This document shows, piece by piece, positions 36,728-45,948 of a stretch of 64,000 bases of DNA. Source of the stretch: a virus (taxonomy: Duplodnaviria; Caudoviricetes); IMG/VR virus record IMGVR_UViG_3300031998_000003, positions 184,670-248,669 of that record; one strand, 5' to 3'. Positions within the stretch are counted from its first letter, which is position 1. Each line of letters begins with the position of its first letter. Under the pieces are notes generated by a model. The model saw only the letters and a list, made by a program, of their open reading frames with translations, ran no database searches and was not told the origin of the DNA. A program made the translations under genes and the position numbers.

Positions 36728-38347
36728 ATGATACAATTCACAATTAAACTCAGACCGGACTTGTATGTGAAATCTGAGAATAACAAGATTACTGTTAAGA
36801 TTTCGCCAAAAGCGTATAATGGTCTGAAAATTGAAGGTGATGGATTGTTCATGGAAGATCAATGTGGGTTCAATGATGATGGATTCATCGACCAATCCGG
36901 AGATGGACTCCGGATTGGTTTCGATGGTCCTTATTCTGAATTGAAAGAAGACGGTAGCTATCCCAAACCGGGAATGATTGCTGCAGATACGGTCGTTCAT
37001 CACATTTATACCATGAACAGTGACCTGAAAACACTGGATGGATATCGGAGCGTGGATTGCATTCTTCCCGGAGATATCATCCGTGTTCCGAAAGCCGCGC
37101 TTGTTGAACAGGCTGCACAAGAAGAGCTTGATGGTATTGGTGCTGTTGAAGAAGCGAATGAACTAGCTGAGGAAACCACCTCACGCGGTGTTTCATTGAC
37201 TACAGGATTCAAACCTCGACTCGAAATCCCCGCAAACACAAATAAGTTCTACATTCTAAAAGGTAATGGAGGATATTCACCATGTATTCCAGGTAGTCCG
37301 TTACATCCAAAACTGACTGCTCTGAACAACTGTGTCGGTTATGCCTGCGGACGTTTCCATGAAATCGATAATCGTACGCAGATGGACTATTATGTTCCAC
37401 GAAATCCACCGCCAACATTCAGAGATGTCAAAGCTGCTGGAAAACTGGAGACTGGAACAGAACCAAAAGTTGGAGCAGCTGTATGTTGGACTCACGGTGG
37501 CGATAGTGGTCATATCGCCATTGTTGAAAAAGTTACCAGAGATTCCAATGGAAAAGCTACCACAATTGTCACATCCGAATCTGGATACGGTTGTCAGAAT
37601 TCATTCTGGACAACAAATCGTGAACGTGGTAATGGTGGTTGGGGAAGCACGCTCGTTGGTTTCTTTTATCATCCAAATGTGAATGCTGATGGATATGATG
37701 AAGAGACTGGTGAAGATGATGCTAAGACACACTATGTTCCAATCAATGCTGTCAAATACAGTGTTAAGGAAGAAAATGGTGCATACTACATCTATGACGG
37801 TAGTACGAACACTGGTATTGTCATTGTCAATAAGAGCTACAAGCATTCTAAGAATTTCGCAAATGGTGTCAATTCTGAAGCACAAAAAGCACTCAGCGAA
37901 ATGCAAGCTGCTGCGAAAAGCGCTGGAATTAGCCTTCCGGTTGCATCTGGTTACAGAAGTTATTCTTCACAGAAATCCATATTCGAGAATTATGCCAAAA
38001 GCGAAGGCGGCGGTTCACAAGGTTATACAAAAGCTGAAGCATATTCAGCAAGACCTGGTCACTCCGAACATTCTACTGGATTGGCATTTGACCTTGTGAA
38101 AGCTAGCAGAAGTATCAATGGCTCCAAAGAAATGAAATGGATTCTTGAGAATTGTTGGAAGTATGGCTTCATAAATAGATATCCAGCTGGTAAGCAGGAT
38201 ATTACTGGATATGATCGTGAAGACTGGCATGTCCGCTATGTCGGAAAAGAATGGTCCAAGAAGATCTATGATTCTGGTCTGTGTTTGGAGGAATACTTTG
38301 GTCTTCCTTCCATGTATACATCAGACTATGATTCATCCAAGTATTGA
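36728..38347 (+). CDS. Peptidoglycan hydrolase: fibre-like N-terminus + CHAP + M15B (VanY-like) peptidase
   Basis: CHAP NNCVGYACGRF...GHIAIVEKV...SESGY; M15B SGYRS, SARPGHSEHSTGLAFD, EDWHVRYVG. Confidence 0.88.
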   Translation: MIQFTIKLRPDLYVKSENNKITVKISPKAYNGLKIEGDGLFMEDQCGFNDDGFIDQSGDGLRIGFDGPYSELKEDGSYPKPGMIAADTVVHHIYTMNSDLKTLDGYRSVDCILPGDIIRVPKAALVEQAAQEELDGIGAVEEANELAEETTSRGVSLTTGFKPRLEIPANTNKFYILKGNGGYSPCIPGSPLHPKLTALNNCVGYACGRFHEIDNRTQMDYYVPRNPPPTFRDVKAAGKLETGTEPKVGAAVCWTHGGDSGHIAIVEKVTRDSNGKATTIVTSESGYGCQNSFWTTNRERGNGGWGSTLVGFFYHPNVNADGYDEETGEDDAKTHYVPINAVKYSVKEENGAYYIYDGSTNTGIVIVNKSYKHSKNFANGVNSEAQKALSEMQAAAKSAGISLPVASGYRSYSSQKSIFENYAKSEGGGSQGYTKAEAYSARPGHSEHSTGLAFDLVKASRSINGSKEMKWILENCWKYGFINRYPAGKQDITGYDREDWHVRYVGKEWSKKIYDSGLCLEEYFGLPSMYTSDYDSSKY

Positions 38348-38352
38348 GGTGA

Positions 38353-39342
38353 ATGTCTATGACTGAATATGAATTTCGCCTTGTCACACAAGTAACACGT
38401 GGAGAAGAAGGTTCAGGGTTCATGGGCAACATGGTACTGGACTATGTCGTACTTGGATCATGGACCGATACGGATACAGATACTTCAGATACAACCGGTG
38501 AATTAAACCTTGAAGTTATGAATTCAGATCTCGCACGTGAAGCTATGGCAAAAGCCAACACTAGACACGTCAAAGTTATCATACCTGGCGGCATCAATCT
38601 TCGCAGCTCACCAAATGATGAGACTGCTGATAATATTATTGGAACGATTCCTCTTGATACTGAACTCGATGTTGTATTGTTGAACGAATCCGAGGTATGG
38701 GTATCAACAACTTACGATAATAAATCAGGCTATATCAAGATTCGTTCCGGAAATATCCCATTCGTTCAGGAGGTTGAAAAGACCAAGGAGATTTCATATT
38801 ATGAACTCCTGTTGTCAAAACCTGCTGATTGGGAAACGAATTATACATCATATTTCACGAGAAACATAGATGGCACATTCTCTCCTGTTGAAGGGGTACC
38901 TGATCCAGATACACCAGTTACACCAGAAACCCCGGCGGAAACTCCATCCGAAGATACACCGAGTGATGATCAAAGTGAAACTCCGTCCGAAAATAGCGAT
39001 GAGACTCCTGCTGAAAATCCTCCTAGCACAGCTGGAACAGTTGCACCTCCTTGGAAGGAAAACAAATACTATCGTTACATTCAAAATCAGCAGACTGATG
39101 GTGAGATCACAACTGGTGCATTGATCAAGATCAAACAATCTGCTGAGAATTATTATAACTTACAAGTTGCAATTCCACAGTGGGTCAAAGAACAGAACTG
39201 GTATGTTTTGTGTATAACGAACAGCGAGCGTGTTGTTATTGATGCTTCCGAAGACGGTAAAAATCATATCATGTCACCGGTTCATATCAAAGACTGTGAG
39301 CTTATCCGGGCTCCAGGTACATCTACGAACGAAGGAGGTTGA
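38353..39342 (+). CDS. Tail-associated protein with SH3b domain and PxDW module
   Basis: INLRSSP...IIGTIP...WVSTTYDNKSGYI; P/T/E-rich linker. Confidence 0.75.
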   Translation: MSMTEYEFRLVTQVTRGEEGSGFMGNMVLDYVVLGSWTDTDTDTSDTTGELNLEVMNSDLAREAMAKANTRHVKVIIPGGINLRSSPNDETADNIIGTIPLDTELDVVLLNESEVWVSTTYDNKSGYIKIRSGNIPFVQEVEKTKEISYYELLLSKPADWETNYTSYFTRNIDGTFSPVEGVPDPDTPVTPETPAETPSEDTPSDDQSETPSENSDETPAENPPSTAGTVAPPWKENKYYRYIQNQQTDGEITTGALIKIKQSAENYYNLQVAIPQWVKEQNWYVLCITNSERVVIDASEDGKNHIMSPVHIKDCELIRAPGTSTNEGG

Positions 39343-40070
39343 TGACTGTGTTTAAGATTGTGCTCGACTTGGATCCGGCTGTATTCAACACAGTCACAGC
39401 CGATATCAAGATTTCGTCTAAAGCAAACAATGCAATTCAATTAGATGAGTCAGGTTCATTGAAACTTGTTTCTGCACAGATTGAACCCGGTAACAAACGT
39501 AATGTTCCTGGTAATTCAATTGCAGGTGCACCCGATGCGTCAATCGACACAATCCGTCTGAATCGAAATGTATCCAGAAAGATTGATGGTGATCCGACAC
39601 AAGGTAATGAAGGACCCAGCGTCGCATCATTCATGGCCGGTCTAATGAGTTATCTCATGATGGGTACAACGTATGTCACCAGTATTCTTGAATATGTCCT
39701 CGTTGGTCCGGGCCAACCCGCTGATTGGGACGAGCAGTATATGAGATACTACACCAAAAGTGATACAGGTGAATATCAACAGGTTCAAACTGTTACTGAT
39801 GAGAATGATCCATCACGTGTCATTTCAATCACCTGGGAAGAGAACAAATTCTATGAGCAGAAGTATGTCAATTATGGCTATCGGTTGACAATTGTGCAAC
39901 CGAATGACTGGTCAACAAATTACAAAGATTACTTTGTGAAAGATGATCAAAACAACTTTACCAATGTAATCGGAGTCATTGACAATACTTCTGAACAGGA
40001 TCCAAAGCCTGAAGTTGCACCAGAATGGAAACCTGAAACGTACTATGAAAAACATCGAATGGAAACATGA
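39339..40070 (+). CDS. Tail-associated protein with two PxDW modules
   Basis: KISSKANNAIQLD N-terminus resembling 36728; QPADW and QPNDW modules. Confidence 0.75.
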   Translation: MMTVFKIVLDLDPAVFNTVTADIKISSKANNAIQLDESGSLKLVSAQIEPGNKRNVPGNSIAGAPDASIDTIRLNRNVSRKIDGDPTQGNEGPSVASFMAGLMSYLMMGTTYVTSILEYVLVGPGQPADWDEQYMRYYTKSDTGEYQQVQTVTDENDPSRVISITWEENKFYEQKYVNYGYRLTIVQPNDWSTNYKDYFVKDDQNNFTNVIGVIDNTSEQDPKPEVAPEWKPETYYEKHRMET

Positions 40071-40082
40071 GGAGGTGACACA

Positions 40083-41321
40083 ATGAGTGGAATGATCAAC
40101 TTAGAACCTGGTGCTGGCATGATGCTTGCAAAAGAAGGTCTAACAACAAGATGGGTCAATGATCCAAGTGTTGAAAAGACCGATGACGGACTGTACATCG
40201 ATGAACTCCGTGTCGCCCAAAACATCAGAGGAAAAATCGACGGACATACGATTATTCTAACAGGCCTTGATGAAAATCGTCAGGGTCTGTTGGGAATCAA
40301 TCATGGTGTTGTGTCATGTTGCTATTCATTATGCGCATACAAAATGACCGAGGTTGAATACTTTGACGAAACGGGTAGACTGATCAGCGTCATGCAAAAC
40401 ACCGATGGTACATCGAAAGCAGTTCAATATCAACCACAAACCGATACCGTTAAAGACATTAATGATATTCGGGATGCACTGAATCTCGTGACAGACACAT
40501 ATAATCATTTCGGCACCGGTATACCAATGGGGATGCCTGTCGTACAATACAAACCACAGGCAGGTGATTTCATCACATTGCGAAGAGCACATCATGAGTA
40601 TATCTATAAGATGCCAACATTCAGAGATCACGGTGATGGATGGAAAGTTTGGCCAACATTCACTGAAGATCTGAATCGATATATGACTGATGTGATCTAT
40701 GCGATGTTCTACATTGAAGATGCTACTTGGACAGAGAATGATTATCTGACTAAACTGGTGCTTCGATGTGTCTGGAGTTCACTTGATACATTTGTTGCTG
40801 GATACAAATACGGTTCGCCTGATCAGATTACCGATCAGGAAATCGTTATTCCGGTCCCACCTGTTACAAGTCCAACGTTCACAGAGTATCTTATCGATCT
40901 CGAGAAAGGTCGTAAGACTTATACAATTAGCGGTAGCACAGTTACTCCGTTGGGTGAAATACCAGCTGACGGTAAATACACAGTCATTGACGAAACGACG
41001 ATTAATGATACACGGTATTATCGTCTTAAATCTGATGAACTTGGATGGGTTGACCGTACGAAAGAGACTGTTCAAGATACACTCAAAGGTGGTGGCTATC
41101 AAACTGGTAGTCTCATTGAGATACTTGAAGGTGCAACATACTCTGATGGTTCTGTTGTGCCACCAAGTGTTCGTTCTCAGAAATGGTGGGTTGAAAGTGT
41201 TCTGAAATCCAATGGACAAGACTGTGTCCATATTAATTTCAACGAAACCAAGTCTGGTGGATGGGCAATCAACTCGAATGTCCCGATTAAGTACGTAAAA
41301 ATCGTATCCCCGTCGACATAA
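40083..41321 (+). CDS. Tail-associated protein with C-terminal SH3/GW-like domains
   Basis: YTVIDE...YYRLKS..GWV; GATYSDGSVVP...INSNVPIKYV. Confidence 0.7.
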   Translation: MSGMINLEPGAGMMLAKEGLTTRWVNDPSVEKTDDGLYIDELRVAQNIRGKIDGHTIILTGLDENRQGLLGINHGVVSCCYSLCAYKMTEVEYFDETGRLISVMQNTDGTSKAVQYQPQTDTVKDINDIRDALNLVTDTYNHFGTGIPMGMPVVQYKPQAGDFITLRRAHHEYIYKMPTFRDHGDGWKVWPTFTEDLNRYMTDVIYAMFYIEDATWTENDYLTKLVLRCVWSSLDTFVAGYKYGSPDQITDQEIVIPVPPVTSPTFTEYLIDLEKGRKTYTISGSTVTPLGEIPADGKYTVIDETTINDTRYYRLKSDELGWVDRTKETVQDTLKGGGYQTGSLIEILEGATYSDGSVVPPSVRSQKWWVESVLKSNGQDCVHINFNETKSGGWAINSNVPIKYVKIVSPST

Positions 41322-41345
41322 TGACAAATCATTTATAAGAAAGGA

Positions 41346-43136
41346 ATGATCATTTTGTCTGAACAGAAAGTTTTGAACTTGGATGACGCCATGACATTCA
41401 AGGATGAACATTCAGAAGAAAAACATGGGCTTCATGGACATGTTTCCATTTACCGCAGAAACAAAGAAACCGGAGAAACTTCATTCTGGTATGAAGCTGA
41501 CAACATTATTCCGATCTCCGGTTATCAGTGGATTCTGATGAAGATGTTCGGTTTACATCTTGATTCTGAACACAATAACACCACAAGCGGATATGAAAAA
41601 CTCGACCAGAATACAAATCTCGTTATCCCGGATCTCAATGAAGATACCAAACTCCGCATTGGTACCAAACCGAGTGATTACTCTGTTATGAGACAGAATA
41701 TTTCCGATACACATATCGTGCAAGGATTTATGATCGGTAACGGTGGCGCTGGTGAAGATCAGATGACTGCCAAGAATACAGACTATTCGTTCATGTGTCT
41801 GCGTAATCCAATCCCATTCCAACAAGTTCTTGCATCTGAAGGACTCGAACCGGATATGGTTGGAAAATACTGCGGTAAATATCGTCTCGACAATCAGGGT
41901 GTAAACTCATATTACATCAAACGATTCGATGCGATTCCACACATCACTCACAGCTGGTGGGCTGATGGTCAACGCTGGGATTATGTCGATCCAGTAACAC
42001 AAGATGATCTGGGTCCGAATTCTGTCAATGGTAGCGGTAAAACAAATCGTATCGAGACCTATGTTGAGTGTCAGCTCGCGTTGGATGACACTGATTGCAC
42101 AGCGTTCTTCAATACAGACGGAAACACCCAAACACCGGCGATCAATGAACTCGGTCTCGTTGCATTTGATACAACCGGTGATGGCACACGAACAATCATG
42201 GAGAATCTCTATGAAACACACGTAAAACCGATCATTGATGTAATCTTTGATCCATCAAAGCGTTCGTCCAATGATATCAAATACATGGAAGATTTGGTGG
42301 ATGAGGCCGTTTCACAAATGGAGCCGATCCTTGAAGTTGTTTCAGACACTCGAATCAATAACATGTATTCTCTGTTCAAGGATATCGCCGATGGTAAGTA
42401 CAAACGGACGGTTTATCGCATCACGAATCTATCTCTTGCTGACGAGGGTGGTACCCCGATTACCGGAGATGGTTTCATTGACGGATGGAAATACAATCTC
42501 TTCCGTATTAAGTGGAATAGCACCACACTGTCTGCGGGTGTTTTTGCAGTAAGATCTGAACCAGCGTCTTCCAGTGTCAGAGGATCTGCAGCACCCACAA
42601 ATACATTCTTGACATGGAATAAGACTGCATTCAAAGCAGAATATCCTGTCACGAACGGCTACATTTTATGGTGGGACAATTCAACATTGTCTGTTGATAA
42701 TGAACCGCTTGCTGAAGGTGCAGATCCATCCATGTTTGTCGGAGACTTCGATGTTGAAATGATTACACCTCTGAAGACATTGGATGGAGAAATCGAAATT
42801 GATCCGGTCCCGCCTCAGGGTCTAAAGGTTCGCATTTCAGCAGATGATATTGAAGAGGTTGAAATCTCTCATCCGTGGGAAGTCTATCAGGAAATTCTTT
42901 CAGCGGGTGCTGATGCCCCTGAACCGAATATCGGTGTTGAAGCATTGTACGATCGTTATCACAATTACAGACGTGAAACAGACGATTATCTCGACATCAT
43001 CAAGTCTGATGCATTCTCCGCACTGACAGTTGATGAAGCTCAGCGTATCAAACTGATTACCTACTACACATTCAAAGCGATCCCGATCCAAACAAACTGG
43101 GAGATTCTGATCAACTACAGAATCTATGCAAACTAA
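41346..43136 (+). CDS. Baseplate/tail structural protein
   Basis: GHVSIY..NII, GFMIGNGG, IPF, YYIKRF, ETYVE, INELGL, INYRIY motifs; large insertion before the C-terminal strand. Confidence 0.7.
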   Translation: MIILSEQKVLNLDDAMTFKDEHSEEKHGLHGHVSIYRRNKETGETSFWYEADNIIPISGYQWILMKMFGLHLDSEHNNTTSGYEKLDQNTNLVIPDLNEDTKLRIGTKPSDYSVMRQNISDTHIVQGFMIGNGGAGEDQMTAKNTDYSFMCLRNPIPFQQVLASEGLEPDMVGKYCGKYRLDNQGVNSYYIKRFDAIPHITHSWWADGQRWDYVDPVTQDDLGPNSVNGSGKTNRIETYVECQLALDDTDCTAFFNTDGNTQTPAINELGLVAFDTTGDGTRTIMENLYETHVKPIIDVIFDPSKRSSNDIKYMEDLVDEAVSQMEPILEVVSDTRINNMYSLFKDIADGKYKRTVYRITNLSLADEGGTPITGDGFIDGWKYNLFRIKWNSTTLSAGVFAVRSEPASSSVRGSAAPTNTFLTWNKTAFKAEYPVTNGYILWWDNSTLSVDNEPLAEGADPSMFVGDFDVEMITPLKTLDGEIEIDPVPPQGLKVRISADDIEEVEISHPWEVYQEILSAGADAPEPNIGVEALYDRYHNYRRETDDYLDIIKSDAFSALTVDEAQRIKLITYYTFKAIPIQTNWEILINYRIYAN

Positions 43137-43148
43137 GCGAGGTGTAAT

Positions 43149-43748
43149 ATGAATCAGGGCCAAAAATCACCAGCTGAATTGCTGAGTTCTGTTTCAAATC
43201 GTGTGAGACTGATGGTCGCTGATTGTATCGACGTATACAAATCTATCAAGTGGAAGACTGTGACGTTCCGGATTCCGATCGCTCCGGAACCGTCACATCG
43301 TCCACGATTATCCGGTTATCGTGTCTATGTGCCTGGTGCTGCAAAGAATCAATCATTCTTCAATCGGAATGTCACTCCAACATTGAATGGATTGTTTATC
43401 ACTACCCCATGTCGAATCAAAGCAGATATCTTTGTACAAACTCCAAAGTCTTTCACAGACTGTCAAAAGATACTTGCTGAGATGCGTATTCTACGTCCTT
43501 GGGGAAACATTGGTGATGTTGATAATTTCGAAAAAGCAATCTATGACATGATGCAACCAAATGAGAAGCGACATCATCGTGGTATTATGGCAAACGACAG
43601 CTTGATAATCGATGCTCATACGAATAAATACTATTCTGAAGATCCTCGGTATGAGATTACTATTTCATATATGACAAAAATCCCGGATCGGCTTAAGCGG
43701 ATTCTTCGTATCAGAGATGATTATGATCTTCCGAAAGATCTTCAATGA
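43149..43748 (+). CDS. rusA: RusA-like Holliday junction resolvase
   Basis: PEPSHRPR, DVDNFEKAIYD, NDSLIID...KYYS..PRYEITI. Confidence 0.85.
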   Translation: MNQGQKSPAELLSSVSNRVRLMVADCIDVYKSIKWKTVTFRIPIAPEPSHRPRLSGYRVYVPGAAKNQSFFNRNVTPTLNGLFITTPCRIKADIFVQTPKSFTDCQKILAEMRILRPWGNIGDVDNFEKAIYDMMQPNEKRHHRGIMANDSLIIDAHTNKYYSEDPRYEITISYMTKIPDRLKRILRIRDDYDLPKDLQ

Positions 43749-43783
43749 GACCGATAATATTATGAAATAAGGAGTGATATTCC

Positions 43784-45937
43784 ATGCCTAGCAAAAAACA
43801 GGCTTTGCGGGATGCGTTGCGGGAAATTGACAATACCTACGACGATCAAACCGGTCGAAAGATACCAATTGAAGAACGCATGAAACGAGCTGATGCCGCA
43901 CTGAATGCTGGCTCGGGTAGAGGTGCTAGTACCAGAGCTGAGAATGATGCTGCAAAAGTCAACACCATTCTGAAGGCAAACCAGTCAACACTCGAGCCCA
44001 TCAGAGACGACATTGCATCAATCTCAAATGCGGCTACTCAAGCTGGTGACGCCGTTCGGTCTGCAAAGAATGCATACAACGCCCTCAAGCCGAAGTTCAC
44101 CGCAAATGCTGGAAACTATGGTTCCAAATCGTTGATTGGTCAAGCCGCTCGAAATCTGTTCGAGTTTCCGGTATTCATATCAACGTCAGTTCCACTGGAC
44201 TATGCTACAGCGATCAATTCTTTGCTTGAGCAAATGTATGCGTCATATCTGCAAATGACCATTTCCTATAACCCTGTCATCACTGCAAAAGAACTTGCAA
44301 AGGGTAAAGTCTTCCAGAACTTAAAAACTGACATCACGAAATATGTCGAATACACAGACACTTTCTGGCAGCATGACGCATGTCATAACCGTATCATCAA
44401 TGATGAATATGGTGCCATCTTTGAGTTTGATATGGTTAACATCTCTGCGATGGACACTGCTGTCATTCTCGAATCAGCCAATTATATTCCGCTTCAGGAG
44501 TTTGACCATTTCTTCATGGAAGCAAAACGTCATAAGAGAAAGAAAGGTCATCAGTCCAGAGCAGATCAGTGGAGAAACGGCAGTGAACCGGACGACATGT
44601 CCGTTGAACCGGATGACGATGATGATACCGTCGTGACGTCCGCTACCAAACCGGTATCAAAACCTGCGAAACCCGATGCTCTTCCGACAGGTTCAAATGA
44701 TACCAATGATGGTGGAAAGAATTCCAAGCCCAATGGTAACAAGACGACTCCTGCACAACACAAGAGTCGGTATGATCAACATGTCAAGAATGAGACCAAA
44801 GACGATGAAGAACGGAAGAAGAAGCGGGAGCTCTGGAATACTCTTCGTAGCAAGGATCAGCATCGAAAAGCTGAAGATGAACATGCTGCTGCTGAGTACG
44901 AAAAAGAGCAACGCGGTAAGCGTTTTATATTTACCGATGCTCGCGGTACTGAACACGAATTCACAGATGCTGATTTCAAACGATTCACCGATATGCAGAA
45001 TGAAATCCGTAAGGAACTGGAGAGCGGTGATAAATACACCGTATTACCATGGACTGACAAAGATGGCAACAGAATCGCAATCACCAAGGCTCAATTCGAC
45101 TATATTGCCGCACAGAACGAAGAGACACGTCGTCAGAAGCGACATGAAGAGGACGAGGTCGATCGTGAAAGACGTCGCAAGCAGGAAAATCTCGCGGAGA
45201 AAATGGCTGCACAAAAGTTCAGAGTTGACACCAAGGTCAAGGCTTCTCAAATCATGGATGAATCAAAGATCCAGAAACTGAACACCATGAAGCCGCTCAT
45301 GATGACTGTCGGTCTCAAAGTCATGTCTGATGAAGGTCTGATCTCCAATATGGTTGACTATGTTGTCGGCGTCAGAACACACTGCCGTCTCGTCAAAGCC
45401 GATGTTCTTCCGGATGTTGCTGAGTTTCCGCTTAAGGAAATGAACCTGCTAACACGTAGAGCAAAATGGCGTGCTGGTGAGATCAAGTTCATGGACTTCC
45501 TGTTTGCACGTAAGGAAAAGAAGCAGTCTGCATATGATTCCAGAGATGTCAACCGCAAGTGGTATCATCGTCTGTATACTTTGGCTCACTCCAAAGGTTC
45601 AAGATCCATTGCCGGTAAGATCACCGGAACATCTGCTGATAATGGTCTGATTCCAAATGCAACGATCATTATGACAAAATCCGATGTTGATATGATCAAT
45701 GCTGAGAAAAATATCAATCTACTGAAGGCTTCCAATGCACGTGCATTCTGCAGAGAGCTGTTCCTCATGGCATTCATCGTCGTTGATATTGATGCACAAT
45801 CCATCAAGATTCTCCTTCCGGATATCAACAATGATTTCGAGGTTCAGTCTCTTGCATCCGTTCAGAAGCAGCTTGCCACACTCGATACATCCGGTACTGT
45901 TTCTCGTGAAGTATCGAAGTTGATGAGTGGAAGATAA
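43784..45937 (+). CDS. Virion (head) structural protein with charged central insert
   Basis: FPVFISTSV..LEQMYASY N-domain; PLMMTV..VVGV, GLIPNATI C-domain; VILES and FFMEA sites. Confidence 0.65.
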   Translation: MPSKKQALRDALREIDNTYDDQTGRKIPIEERMKRADAALNAGSGRGASTRAENDAAKVNTILKANQSTLEPIRDDIASISNAATQAGDAVRSAKNAYNALKPKFTANAGNYGSKSLIGQAARNLFEFPVFISTSVPLDYATAINSLLEQMYASYLQMTISYNPVITAKELAKGKVFQNLKTDITKYVEYTDTFWQHDACHNRIINDEYGAIFEFDMVNISAMDTAVILESANYIPLQEFDHFFMEAKRHKRKKGHQSRADQWRNGSEPDDMSVEPDDDDDTVVTSATKPVSKPAKPDALPTGSNDTNDGGKNSKPNGNKTTPAQHKSRYDQHVKNETKDDEERKKKRELWNTLRSKDQHRKAEDEHAAAEYEKEQRGKRFIFTDARGTEHEFTDADFKRFTDMQNEIRKELESGDKYTVLPWTDKDGNRIAITKAQFDYIAAQNEETRRQKRHEEDEVDRERRRKQENLAEKMAAQKFRVDTKVKASQIMDESKIQKLNTMKPLMMTVGLKVMSDEGLISNMVDYVVGVRTHCRLVKADVLPDVAEFPLKEMNLLTRRAKWRAGEIKFMDFLFARKEKKQSAYDSRDVNRKWYHRLYTLAHSKGSRSIAGKITGTSADNGLIPNATIIMTKSDVDMINAEKNINLLKASNARAFCRELFLMAFIVVDIDAQSIKILLPDINNDFEVQSLASVQKQLATLDTSGTVSREVSKLMSGR

Positions 45938-45948
45938 GGAGGGATATT

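Noticed and set aside
35948-37120. 390-aa antisense ORF (and similar antisense ORFs across 40779-41411 and the giants)
   Set aside because: In register with sense codons of real genes; no RBS or recognisable motifs
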